From positions 930,727 to 979,406 of the forward strand of contig NW_014577076.1 of the NCBI RefSeq assembly GCF_000485595.1: 48,680 nucleotides of DNA. The letters run 5' to 3'. Source of the DNA: Priapulus caudatus. Taxonomy: Eukaryota. This document shows positions 1-13,080 of this stretch, one piece after another. Position 1 is the stretch's first letter, and every line of letters starts with the position of its first letter. A model generated the notes under the pieces. It saw only the letters and a program-made list of their open reading frames with translations, did not search any database and was not told the DNA's origin. The position numbers and the translations under genes were made by a program.

Positions 1-561
1 GCATGTATAGTAACTCAATGTTACGCGCATTGTTCAGTAGTGCGAATCAGTGCAAAGTGAATCCCGTCTGCATGGGCCGGTTTATTTACCGCTGCTACAG
101 AGCTTTAACGTCGCTGCAGGGGCATGATTTTTTAAATCATTTTTTTCGTTTTGCGATGTCAGATGACCTCGGAGGTCAAATCCAATGTGCCCATGTTCCA
201 ATGTTTTCAAAGTTACATGTAATGGCCATCCTTGGACATATATAGAGTAGCCGATATTGATTTGAATCGAGAACAGACAAACAGAGAAACAAAATAGGCG
301 CGCACCACACCTAACCGCGTCCAAAACATATCGTTTCTGTCTCGCTTTATCAACCCTAAGGAATAAAACCATGCAAGTGATGCATTCGCACATACTCGAA
401 CATACGTGCGCGCACTTATTCTCTCTGCGTTTCCTCTCATATAGGATGTGCCTACTATTGCGAATATAAACTAAAAGTTTGTTTAGTTAAAATATACTCG
501 CGTATCAAATAGCCATACACCACGTATTTTCCTATTCAACATGCACGAAATAGGCTAACGC

Positions 562-794
562 TCCATTAGGAGTGTTCCCAACTTTGATATCATTAATGAT
601 TAATGATTAATGATTACTGATTCATGATTAATGATTAATGATTAATGATTGATAATCCTAACCCTAACCCTAACCCTAACCCTAACCCTAACCTAAATGA
701 CATTAAACCACAAACTAATATAATGACCATATATATATATATATATGTTATTATGACCATTAATGACATTAAAGTTGGGAACACTCCTAATGGA
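562..794. mobile_element. MITE-like element with ~37-bp terminal inverted repeats and an internal (CCCTAA)n array
   Basis: Left arm tccattaggagtgttcccaacttt...cattaatg (562-598) is the reverse complement of cattaatg...aaagttgggaacactcctaatgga (758-794). Internal (ATTAATG)n repeats and about six CCCTAA units at ~657-695. No clear TSD. Confidence 0.7.
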
Positions 795-3023
795 ATATCA
801 CCCACAAAATGTACCATTATCGCGGAAACTGAAGACGAGACAGATCCTCTCACGTTACGCATGACTGGCGAACTATGCCGGCTGACAATCAGGTGAGTTT
901 ACGCGTAGTAACGCACACCTGCGCGTAGGCTGGCCGTCTGTTTGGCTTCCTAGATAAAACGTTAACGTGTTTTTGTACGCACAATGCGTGTATAATAACA
1001 CATATTGTTATCTCACTGTGACTTAATCTTGTAAAAAAAGATTATGCGCGCTCGTGTGTTTACCGCCATACATGCGGTCATCGTACTACACTCTTACTGA
1101 GGAGTTGTCACTGGCGAGGCTAGCGGAGCTGCGCCATCCTTATCTATATAGCATTTTCATAGAAGGAAATTGCTGACTTCGGTTAATTTGGTGTATCCCA
1201 ATTAATCAGTGTTCGATGACAGTATATTAGATCTAGTAAATCTTAACGATAGTAAAAAAATGTCATTTAAAAAACTGCATCTGCAATAAGAAATTCCCTG
1301 CCGAGCCCCATAATAATGTACCTGGCAACTGTTCTGCGATTTGCTCAATTTTTGGCGTATTCCAAAGATTGATGTAAAGGCGTATATTTCACTCTATCTC
1401 TCTAAGCTGTGACTATGTATTAGATGATCTATTATTTGATGTTTAAGGTAACGCACGGGCTCATGTTTACGTTGAGTTTTACCAGTTCATGTTTTTTAAT
1501 CATCTACATCAAGGCTTATGTATGCTATCTTATGTATGTAGGCCCATGTGGAATACTGTTCTATTGTTTTGGCGTTCCACAGACAAATTACCCTGGTAAT
1601 ATTGCCTTACTGTAAGGAAAACATGAAGTTTTGTGGACTTGGAAAATTAATGTCCCGGTATCGGGCAACATTGATTATTTGGGTTCTACGTTGCTCGTGC
1701 AAACAGGTAATAATTGTTTTGTTATTTGTAAATTAAGTAGTTAATAATACAACGAGAGTATGACTGGGGCATGGCAAAAGAGAACAATGACAATTTCACA
1801 TTCACTACCCTACCTATGATTTATATTGAGTAGGCCTAACTCAATAAGCACGAACAGACATGTTACCTTGAACACTCAATCAGCCTCATCTCTAATCGTT
1901 TTTCTTATATACATGCATAATAATTACATTTTAGAGAAATAGATCCAACTGTGCAAGGTTTGCGAAAAATCCCTCTATTCCGTCAAACTATCGCCCAACC
2001 AAATAGTCAACAAACACCTCTGGCAGGACTTCACGAAGGCTTTTTAATACATTCTGCGTGTATTTTTTATCTTTAGGTTTGTTATAATTTATCGTCCACT
2101 GGGTCTAACCCTTTGTCTCACATCGTAGCGACCATAGGTTGGGAAAACAGTGTTCGTGCTAGATGGAAGCATCGATCAGCGGGTAACATTGGGTTTTAGC
2201 GGACAATATTAATTTATATTTATATTTAACGTGGTAGGTAAACTCTGCATCAATAACAATACAGTCACAGTCATAACACACACATGGCTGTGAAAACATA
2301 TAAAAATTAAATGTGATACTTTTCCTACATTATACACGTATTACAACATATACTATATATATATTATAATATATATATATCATATTATATATAATATACT
2401 AATGATATTTGTGAAAGTTACACATTCAATAGGTATATTGATATCGCCGAGTATGTCAATCGATTAATATCGATGAAGTAAAAAAGATTTTACTATAATT
2501 GACTAATATTTAAAATAGTTTTGCAAGAAGGGCGGAAAGCGTTTATAGATACAATGACATTAGAGATGCGCAGTGTTATTTATAATCCTATATATAATAG
2601 AAGCGCGCTACGTATGGATGAAATTGTCACAACGCAGAAAGTGGATAGTGAAACGACCATTCATGACCCGCACCTGTTTAATGACCCTATTGCGAATGTT
2701 AGGTATGTATATATGCAGCTGTCATCGATGTTACCCATTAAACATTCGCCATAGAATAATCCGATATGTGGAACTCCCTTTGAGAGGTCGACGCCAAAAC
2801 TATTAAGTGGACGGAGCAGCGGAGCACCGATACGTGTGCCACGTCAGAATGTTTGCAATGGATATATAACGGTTATATTAGCCGACTAGAACGCAATCCT
2901 TGTCTAATACGCTACACATAATGCGACCTTAATCAGTCGCTGGAACGATTTCCTCTATTTTACTGCCGTGAAATGCGTCGTTTATTCTGGATATATTGAC
3001 GCCTATGTGTATCATGAGATTGT

Positions 3024-3063
3024 CAGGTTTGAATAATAATAGATCTATTATTATTCACTCCTG
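3024..3063. mobile_element. 40-bp palindromic micro-MITE (CAGG...CCTG)
   Basis: caggtttgaataataatagatctattattattcactcctg flanked by agattgt/atattgt (7-bp TSD, one mismatch). Duplicated copy at 5641-5681; independent copy at 31318-31357. Confidence 0.6.
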
Positions 3064-3137
3064 ATATTGTTATATCACGTGCTGTCAGTTTCGTAAATAC
3101 CATATCCCATACACAGACGACGCGCGTATACACAAAT

Positions 3138-3194
3138 GCAGACAGACAGACAGGCGTACAGACGTACAGCCAGGACAGACTAGACAGACAGACC

Positions 3195-3239
<45 letters not shown>

Positions 3240-3296
3240 GTACGACAGACACACAGACAGACACACAGACAGACACCACAGACCACAGACAGCAAC

Positions 3297-3335
<39 letters not shown>

Positions 3336-3477
3336 ACAGACAGACAGAGACAGACAGACATACAGACAGACAGATAGACAGGCAGAACGGACAGACAGAC
3401 GGCAGACAGACAGACAGACAGACGGACGGACGAACGGACGGACGGACGACGTACGACGGACGATACAGACAGACAGA
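3138..3477. repeat. (CAGA)n/(CGGA)n microsatellite
   Basis: Visible tetranucleotide array running into the gap. Confidence 0.95.
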
Positions 3478-3502
3478 NNNNNNNNNNNNNNNNNNNNNNN
3501 NN
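3478..3502. other. Assembly gap (25 N)
   Basis: 25 consecutive N. Confidence 1.
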
Positions 3503-5794
3503 GCACACCTGCGCGTAGGCTGGCGGTCTGTTTGGCTTCGCTAGATAAAACGTTTTAACGTGTTTTTGTACGCACAATTGCGTGTATAATAACACATATT
3601 TTATCGTCACTGTGACTTAATCTTGTAAAAAAGAATTATTCGCACGACTCGTGTGTTTACCGCGCCATACATTGCGGTCATCGTACTACACTCTACTGAG
3701 GAGCTTGTCCACTGGCGAGGCTAGGGCGGAAGCTGCGCCATCGCTTATCTATATAGCATTTTCATAGAACGACATTGGCTGACTTCGTAATTTGGTGTAT
3801 CGCGCACATTAATCAGTTTGTCGATGACAGTATATTAGATGCTAGTAAATCTTAACGAAGTAAAAAAAGGTGTCATTTAAAAAACTGCGATCTGGCAATA
3901 AAAATTCCCTGCGAGGCCCAATAATAGATGTACGCTGGCAACTGTTTCTGCGATTTTGGCTCAATTTTTTGGTTATTCGCAAAGATTGATGTAAAGGCGT
4001 ATATTTCACTGCTATCTCTCTAGCTGTGACTATGTATTAGATGATCTATTATATTGTGATGTTTAAAGTAACGCAGCGCTCACTGTGTACGTTGAGTTTT
4101 TAGCGCAGTTTTTATGTTTTTTAATCATCTACATCAAGTGCTTATCGTATGCTATCTTATGTATGTAGGCCCATGCATGTGGAATACTGTTCTATTGTTT
4201 TGGCGTTCCACAACAGACAAATTACCCTGGTAATATTGCCTTACTGTAAGGAAACATGAAGTTTTGTGGACTTGGAAAATAACTTGTCTCGGTATCGGGC
4301 AAACATTGGAATTTGGGTCTCTACGTTGCTGCGTGCAAACAGGTAATAATTGTTTGTTGTATTTGTAAATTAAGTATTAATAATACAACGAGACGTTATG
4401 ACATGGGGCATGGCAAAAGAGAACAATGACAATTTCACATTCACTACCCTACCTAATGATTTATATGAGTAGGCCTAACTCAATAAGCCACGAACAGACA
4501 TGTTACCTTGAACACTCAGATCAGCCTCATTCTCAATCGTTTTTCTCATATACATGCATATAATTACATTTAGAGAAATAGATCCAACTGTGCAAGGTTT
4601 GCGAAAATCCCTCTATTCCGTCAAAACTATCGCCCAACCAAATAGTCAACAAACACCTCTGGCAGGGACTCTTCACGAAGGCTTTTAATACATTCTGCGT
4701 GTATTTTTTATCTTTTAGGTTGTTATAAATTTATCGTCGCACTAGGTCTAACCCTTTGTCTCACATCGTAGCGACGCATAGGTTGGGAAAACAGTGTTCG
4801 TGCTAGATGGAAGCATCGATCAGCGGTAACATTGGGTTTTAGGGGACAATATTAATTTATATTTATATTTAACGTGGTAGGTAAACTCTGCATCAATAAC
4901 AATGCTGTATTGTTACAGTCATAACACACACATGGCTGTGAAACCATATAAAAATTAAATGTGATACTTTTCCTAAACATATACACGTATTACAACATAT
5001 ACTATATATATATTATATATAATATATATATAATATATATATATATGTAGGAAAGTTACACATTCAATAGGTATATTAGATGCCCGAGTATGTCAATGAT
5101 TATATCGATGAATTAAAAAAGAATTTTACTATAATTGACTAATATTTAAATAGTTTTGCAAGAAGGGCGGAAAGCTTTATAGATACAATTGACATTAGAG
5201 ATGCGCAGTGTTATTTATAACCTATATATAATAGAGCGCGCTACGATGATGAATTGTCACAACCAGTAAAGTGGGATAGTAAACGACCATCTGACCACCT
5301 GTTTAATGACCCTTTGCGAATGTTAGTATGTATATATGCACTGTATGATGTTACCCGATTAAACATTCCCCATAGAATAATCCGATATTAATACCCTTTG
5401 AGAGGTCGCCAGCAACTATAATGGACGGACAGCGCGAGTGCACCGATACGTGTGGCCACGTCACGAATGTTTGCAATGGAATTAATACACGGTTATATTA
5501 GCCGACTAGAACGCAATCCTTGTCTAATACGCTACACATAAGCGACCTTAATCAGTCGTGGAACGATTTCCCTCTATTTTACTGCCGTGAAATGCGTCGT
5601 TTATTCTGGATATTGACGCCTATGTGTATCATGAGATTGTCAGGTTTGAATAATAATAGATCTATTATTATTTCACTCCTGATATTGTTATATCACGTGC
5701 TGTCAGTTTCGTAAATACCATCATCCCATACACAGACACGCGCGTATACACAAATGCAGACAGACAGACAGGCGACAGACCGTACAGACAGAGC

Positions 5795-5857
<63 letters not shown>

Positions 5858-5915
5858 ACAGACAGACACACAGACAGACACACAGACAGCACCACACAGA
5901 CACACAGACAACAAC

Positions 5916-5951
<36 letters not shown>

Positions 5952-6080
5952 CAGACAGACAGAACAGACATGACAGACATTACAGACAGACAGATAGACA
6001 CGGCAGAGCGGAAGACGGACAGCAGACAGACAGACAGACAGACGGACGGACGAACGGACGACGGACGGACGGACGGACGG
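3503..6080 (+). repeat. Copy 2 of the ~2.6-kb direct duplication
   Basis: Colinear with 913-3477, starting immediately after the gap. Right end is approximate because it lies in the CAGA array. Confidence 0.85.
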
Positions 6081-6196
6081 AACGAACAGACAGACAGACA
6101 GAACGGGGGGGGGAGACAGACAGACAGACAGACAGTACAGACAGACAGACAGACAAGACAGACAGACAAGACAGACAGACAGACAGACAGACAGAT

Positions 6197-6228
<32 letters not shown>

Positions 6229-6460
6229 GGGACGGACGGAGCACAGACAGACAAACAGACAGATAAACAGAGAGACAGACAGACAAACAAACAGACAGGC
6301 AGGCGGGCGGGCGGGCGGAAGGGTCGGGCGGGTCGGGCGGGCGGGCGAGCGGGTGTACGGACGGACGGACGGACGGACGGACGGACGGACGGGCGGGCGG
6401 GCGAGCGGGTGTACGGACGGACGGACGCACAGGACGGACGGACGGACGGACGGACGGACG

Positions 6461-6503
<43 letters not shown>

Positions 6504-6684
6504 GGATGGACAATCAAACAGGCAGACAGATATAAAGACGTATGAACACAGCACATGTGCGCGCGCATACACGAACAGAAACAAACACGCGCGCGTGCGT
6601 GTGTACACACACATACATACAGCACGCATTATCATCGTCATCATTACCATCATTATCGTCGTCAACAATAACAACATCAGCAGC

Positions 6685-6723
<39 letters not shown>

Positions 6724-6960
6724 ATCAACATACACATGCCCCCGCGCGAGCACACACGCGCGCGCTCACACGCACACACGCACACGCGCACACAGGTACA
6801 CGAGTACACGCACCCACACGCACATAAGCGTACAACACGTCCTCATTACGCAAGAACGCATCCATACGCGTATGCACGCACGCACGCACGAACGCGCGTG
6901 CACACAATAAAACGCATACACACATGCTGTGACGCGCACACACCCACCTACGTACACGCA
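5757..6960. repeat. Compound microsatellite: (CAGA)n, (CGGA)n, (GGGC)n, (AAC)n, (CA/CG)n
   Basis: Visible simple repeats; source of the many LSVC/TDRQ ORFs in the track. Confidence 0.95.
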
Positions 6961-8560
6961 CACGTCGATAGGGGGACGTAACCACAGGAGGATGGTGTAT
7001 AAGCAGCTCGTGACCAAGGTGTTATACTGCGGGAGAAAGGCTTGACATGCGCACAAAGTCAGATAATAAAATATTTGAGAACAGCATGTTATCGGAAGAG
7101 AGGGATTATACATGAGCTTGATAGCAATGAGGCAGAGGCGCGCGATGAGTCGGATACTGGTGGAGGGTGATGGCGCGATAAGGAGCTTAACACTGATGAG
7201 TGATAACGTTCTATTCATAAACATATCAAATTCATGTAGAATGCTTCCCAAAAGTGTCTTATGTTATCAAATGCTCGCATAATACCAAAAGAGCACATTT
7301 ATCTTCCTGTTTACTACGTTTAATCATGATGTACTTTCAGTTCCTAGCGATGAGACGTGGGATTTATTATTTGAGCCCGTTCTTAACTCATGCGCGTAAC
7401 TGATCAAAATAATAAAGCCAATAACTGTTTCTCTACTGGCTATGTATGCGTGACAAACCATGTGCCCCGTCGGTGAAAGCAGGAATGCGAACACGTGTAC
7501 GAACTAAGACTACACGCGTATGCTCGCGGTTAGAGGCAGGCACTATGTGCGAACTGACGAGTACCGAGACTCTTACACACTTGATATGCCATTGCCTTGC
7601 TCAACCTATATACATGAACGTTTTAGGTGAGAAGTCGCATACACTCTACTACTTAGTGCTATCGAGGCGAATGCATCCGATAGAGAAACCCACATATTTA
7701 TTATATATCTATAAAAACGCGATATCGCGTCGAGTTGCATAGCAGCTGTTCACAGAGAACCCACCTGTGACGCGCTGGCCATATAATCTCTCGGGCTACA
7801 CAGCGACATAGATGCGGCTATGTAATGTACCTAATCTAATCACCTACAGGACCTTACCTTTCACAGTGGTCGGCGTTCAGTGCTCACTGTTTTCCGTTGG
7901 AGCCGTAGTCTTCAGTCGAGCTGCGCGTGACGAGGTCGACTGCTGCAAGGACGGCCGCTGAGTGATGCCGGCGAGATGACGACAACCATATAACGTGCGA
8001 GCGTACGTGCGTGCGTGCGCTCGTGCGTGCGTGCGTGCGTGCAAAGTCTTTGCTCCCGCTGCGCAGAAGTACCTGGGAGTCGGCCCGCCGTCGTTTATCG
8101 TGCCGACGTGTTTTTGCTTCGCGGAAAACGAGAGACACGAGCGTAATGAATGCGCAATAGATCGCGTGTCTGTTTGCAGCCTCTATTCGCAAGCGCGTCC
8201 GCCTGTCGGTGACAAGCAGCCAGTAGTGTGCGGTCCACGCGCGTGGGCGGTGTGGCGCTCAGTCGAGCATCAGCTGTGACGAGCAAGCGCGCTCTCTACT
8301 CGAAACCTGATCGAATAATGAATCGATGACGTGGATGGAGCTTTTCTTCTTCTTTTCGCGTGCATAGACAACAACGTCAGTGACTTTGTCATGCGCGCGT
8401 CATCACAATAAGGAGTTGAGTAGGTGAGATAAACCGAAACAGAACACGACTTTGCACGCGCCAGCGTAAAGGCGCTACCATGCTAATGAGCGTCGAACAG
8501 TGTTAGCTATTTTCAGCATGAAAGCTTTTGCCATTCATGCCGCTCGGTCCCGCGAAACTA

Positions 8561-10127
8561 ATAGAGTACCGAAGTGTGACGTCACGTTGGCAAGACAACG
8601 TACGGGCTGGTTCTACACAAGCCACTGGCTCCATAACATTAACTGCGTGAAAATGTTGTGCGTACGTAAAACACGAGTGTGTGCGCTGCAGACAGCGGTA
8701 AAGCATCGGTAGCAAGTCGATCTTACAATATTTAATGAATTAAAAAAAATTAAAAAATTTTTATTTTTTAATTTTGTTGTTGTTAATTTTCTATAGAGTA
8801 CCGAAGTGATGACGTCACGGTGGCATGACAACGAACCTACTGGTTCTACACAATCATATGCTCTGGTAACATTAACTGCGTGTCGTGTTTTGTACCCGAT
8901 TGTAACCATCATTCTGAGAGTCATTATTGCAGTTTTTATAGATTTCCAAAGAATGGAAGTGAAAAGCAACAAAACAAAAAAAAAATTCAGAAAACAAAAA
9001 TTTAAAAATTAAAATTAAATTTTTGTTTAAATTCATTAAATATTGTAAGATCGACTTGCTACCGATGCTTTACCGCTGTCTGCAGCGCACACACTCGTGT
9101 TTTACGTACGCACAACATTTTCACGCAGTTAAAGGCATAATAGGCCCATTGATTATACAAAGTTGACGAATGCTACAGTAACTGGCACCTTCTGTAGTTA
9201 ACAAGTACATTACCTTATAGTCAAACGCGTATTAGTTTGTCCAATATCACTGCTAATGACTAAGAAATGTCTAATTGAAATCCGTAAATCTGGTCATCTG
9301 GCGCCAACGCTAAATTGGTTGCCAAGCAAAATAGCCTCGAATTCGGTTAGGCAACGTCACATGTCGCTACGGGTGTTTAGCAGAGAATTGTTTGTCCCGG
9401 GATGCTTATATACGACTAATGAGCTAGTAGAATGTATCTCTGGGTGTATTCTCGGTATTGAGGCTCAAGTAAATAATCGTGGGTGCTAATGAACGGGTAC
9501 CCACATGTCTTCAATTTCAGACACAGGTGTATTCGTTTGACCAATATACGTAAATACGCGTAGTGCCGTCTGCTTTCCATGTTTAGTCTGTGGCCGTGGT
9601 TAGTCCGCGATCCTCCCATAGCGTTGGCTCCCAACACAGCCTACTTCATTATCACGAGCGTCCGTGATTCGTACGTGGATTCCACGTTCATTACAATCAG
9701 AGCTACTGTTACGTATACAGTTACGGTACTGTACTATCGCTAGCATTGCGTACGGCCGAGCGAAAATGCATGCGTGCGTGCGTTTTTGCATGCGCGCGAA
9801 AATGTCCGGTGGACTATAAATCTGTATCACACCCGTTTCGAAGTATGCGGTTTCGAAACTGTAAACAAGTCAGTCAACTGATTTCGTGGACTGCGGATTT
9901 CAATTAGACATTTCTTAGTAACCAGCAGTGATATTGGACAAACTAATACGCGTTTGGCTATAAGGTAATGTACTTATTAACTACACAAGGTGCCAGTTAC
10001 TCTAGCATTTGTTAAAATTGCATAATCGATGGGCCTATTATGCCTTTAATGTTATGGAGCCAGTGGATTGTGTAGAACCAGCCCGTACGTTGTCGTGACA
10101 ACGTCACGTCACACTTCGGTACTCTAT
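8561..10127. mobile_element. Non-autonomous DNA transposon with ~190-bp TIRs; right TIR interrupted by a nested element
   Basis: atagagtaccgaagtgtgacgtcacg... (8561-8750) matches in reverse complement 9020-9132 plus 10050-10127 (...cttcggtactctat). Diverged third copy of the terminus at ~8792-8880. Possible TA TSD. Confidence 0.8.
9133..10045. mobile_element. Kolobok-like non-autonomous element (TTAA TSD, AGG...CCT termini, ~150-bp TIRs)
   Basis: TTAA at 9129-9132 and 10046-10049. aggcataataggccc.../...gggcctattatgcct termini. Removing the element and one TTAA restores the host TIR (cacgcag-ttaa-tgttatgg). Confidence 0.8.
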
Positions 10128-11404
10128 ACGTCACAACATCGCCACAGAGCGGCAAAAGTAAACGCTGTTTGAAACATTCGACGATATAGAGATTATAGAC
10201 GACGATCGATGCATAAGATGATCAACGCTAAAGATGAAAGTTACGCTATTCATTCTTCATTCCTCTTCCTGATGCTGTGTGTCAACGCTCGAATCTGACG
10301 TGACGCGATACTCATGACGCGACTTGAATAATATCACAGAGATGGCGATGGGTTTTTGAGTTCAGTAAGAAACGAGGCAAGCACGCTTCCTGAAACATGC
10401 ACATTATTACAACAACAAATTTAATCAACCCGGCGTAATTAAGGGGAGATTAAACATATATTTTTAACCTTGTCATACTAATTAGAGTAGCATGTTGCTG
10501 AGAGTCCCTCCAACAACGCCCCAAGGGACGCGGCTTAACTGTCAATTTCGTAAATAGTTAACATTATTGTCATTTTCTCTTGGGGAACTCTGCCCAAAGC
10601 ATTAGCGCAGTACGTTCAAGTCACATAGAAGACGATAATTTTTCATGTAATGTAATGGGCAGCAGGTGATCCTAGCGTAACCGTATAGCTGCCGGTAAAT
10701 TCCGCTACGCAGGTGTCTATATATATACACCGCTGCAAATTCCATCGTCTCGTCACGTCTCCAAACCGCAAAAGGCATGTGGTAAACCGACCACGTAAAA
10801 CCTCTGGGAACATTAGTTCCAAATTGTAGAAGTGCCGTTGTAGTTTTTTTGGAATGAAGTAAGTAGAAGCAGAACGTGTAAAACGAAGCAAGCCTCTTTA
10901 GCCAGCTTCTCTAAGTAAGCCATTCTATGATAGCACATGTTTAATGGCACTGTCAACGCGCGGCGTAGCAATACTTGTCTACTAAGTCTTGCCTTAGACA
11001 ACTCTACACCTAGCGTACACACATCACTATAATAATGCCAATAGTCTGGGCTCGCGATACAGCTTTGATTTCAAGCGTCTACCTGCCGATTTTCGTGATC
11101 TAGTCTCACATGTAAAACCGTGCACTTTGCGAAATGCATTCATGTTTGACCAGAGAAGTTACGGAAATAGACGTCCTTCGGCATGGATAGCCTACCCCTG
11201 GCCAATGGCCTTTCGCAAATCGCCCAGCTTCCTCTGCAGTGTCCGTGCATGGATGTTAATGAGTGGAACATGCCATTAGCCCGGCCAGAGCCTTCCGTTA
11301 TCGTTTACATAGCTCGTTGCGAAATCGCTACTGCGATTACGGGAGCATTACTGTGGTTGGTTAGCTACAATCGTGCTAGACATGATATTTGTACGAACGG
11401 CTGA

Positions 11405-11437
11405 CTAGATAGATGATAGATAGATAGATAGATAGAT
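11405..11437. repeat. (GATA)n microsatellite
   Basis: Visible repeat. Confidence 0.9.
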
Positions 11438-13080
11438 GACGTACCGTTTGTTAGACAAAGTATGGACGCTTAAATAATGGGTCGGAAACGGATGTGTACT
11501 TAAATGATGATGGCAAAATTCTGCAGTTATGACTAGCTAGGGAAACGGCCTGTTAAATCAATCGTTTGTTTGTTTTTACATGAAAATACGAATTTCTTTT
11601 ATCTTCCTAGCTCATGCACGTAAGAAATGCATACAGGAAGCTTTCCACAACTTCAGAAATTAATTACTGAAGCTACATATTGTACCAAAAATTAAACATA
11701 TCCCGCTGCACTAATTATCGATCATAAAACGACGTAACACACGAGCACAGCAACTCATTATTATGAATGACCTGCATGTGTACGTGCAGCAATTTCACAT
11801 CACGAATATAATTTTTAATAAAATGCGCAATCAATTTCCTAGTAAGGAGATTTTGAATTCATTTTGCTTTGCTTAGACAGCAAAATAACTGTTTGCAGCT
11901 TGACAAGTATTGGTGGAAGGAAACACAAGGTTAGTCATCATTTCATGTCATCGTTACATGTAACTAACATGGTAATTAGTATGCAGTTTAGTAAAACACG
12001 TTACACTGAATCAGAATTATAATACATACTTGGCATTGTGAAGCAGCGGCCATGTAGTTCAGCTACTCATAGTCGCGTCACTATTGTGTGTTGCGATAGA
12101 AAAAAGGTTGATACTTGTAAAGGAAATTGAATCTTAAAGATCAATGAAGATGGGATGCTGCATTTTGCTGTAAGATTTATGTTCGATGCTTAATTATGGA
12201 TGGCGCCAGTTTTATTAGCGGTGTCGCTTTGTGCACTATTACGGCCGAATTATCCTGACATATGTATGTACGGTAGCAATGGTTATAATAAACAAACGTG
12301 TTTTGCCTAGAAAACGTCGGTAGTAACTTTTTTATGCGTACCAGTTAATAAAGATGAGTTCAGATCCCGACATTTTAAAGCAATAATATGCCAATTTTCA
12401 TTGAGTTCTTATTTGATTTATTTTATAGGATTATGTTTCCCCTCATAGATACACGTAATTGACCTGGTCCTACTAGTCACAAAATATAAGGATCTAAAAT
12501 CACTTACTCATTCCATATTCATGAAACTCGAAAGAATCTTGAACTGATGAAATGTAATTATTCCAGGGTGCGATACTAATTATAGATAATAAATTCTAGA
12601 TACCTATAGACACATGTCTTAGCTATACTCTCTGTGAATATTGAGTTTATTGACGCACGATTAATCAATATATTAGCAAATATATGCGTATCGTAATCTC
12701 CCGTACCGGCTTGAATATAGACACCCCCTACTGGGGTCGAATTAATTGCAGTGGAAGGTAATCACGTCTACGCGCACGCCATCTTGCGTGCAGTATGCCG
12801 ATAGATTTCCCGCTATTTAATTCACAATTCACAATGCCGAGCGACGATAGATGGCGCTGTGTGGCGTCATCACGCGAACACAACTGCCGCGTTAAATAAA
12901 CGCGATCTGTTATCCTAAGTCAATCATTGGCCGCATTACCGGCATGGCCAACTTTTCTAGTTACACCGCGGAAGGACTGGTGTCTAATTATTACCCCAGA
13001 ACATATAAGAGACGAGAGGTTTTGTTAAAAAAGAATATCTGTCCGACTAACCTAATACGTACTCGATTACTAGAGCTCAT

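Larger units (their letters stand above)
913..3477 (+). repeat. Copy 1 of a ~2.6-kb direct duplication flanking a 25-N gap (probable assembly artefact)
   Basis: Sequence from gcacacctgcgcgtaggctggc (913) is repeated colinearly from 3503. Differences are mostly scattered 1-3 nt indels. Confidence 0.85.

Noticed and set aside
3023..6985. Long ORFs up to 362 aa (LSVC/TDRQ/THTH repeats)
   Set aside because: Translations of CAGA, CGGA, AAC and CA microsatellites; no coding signal.
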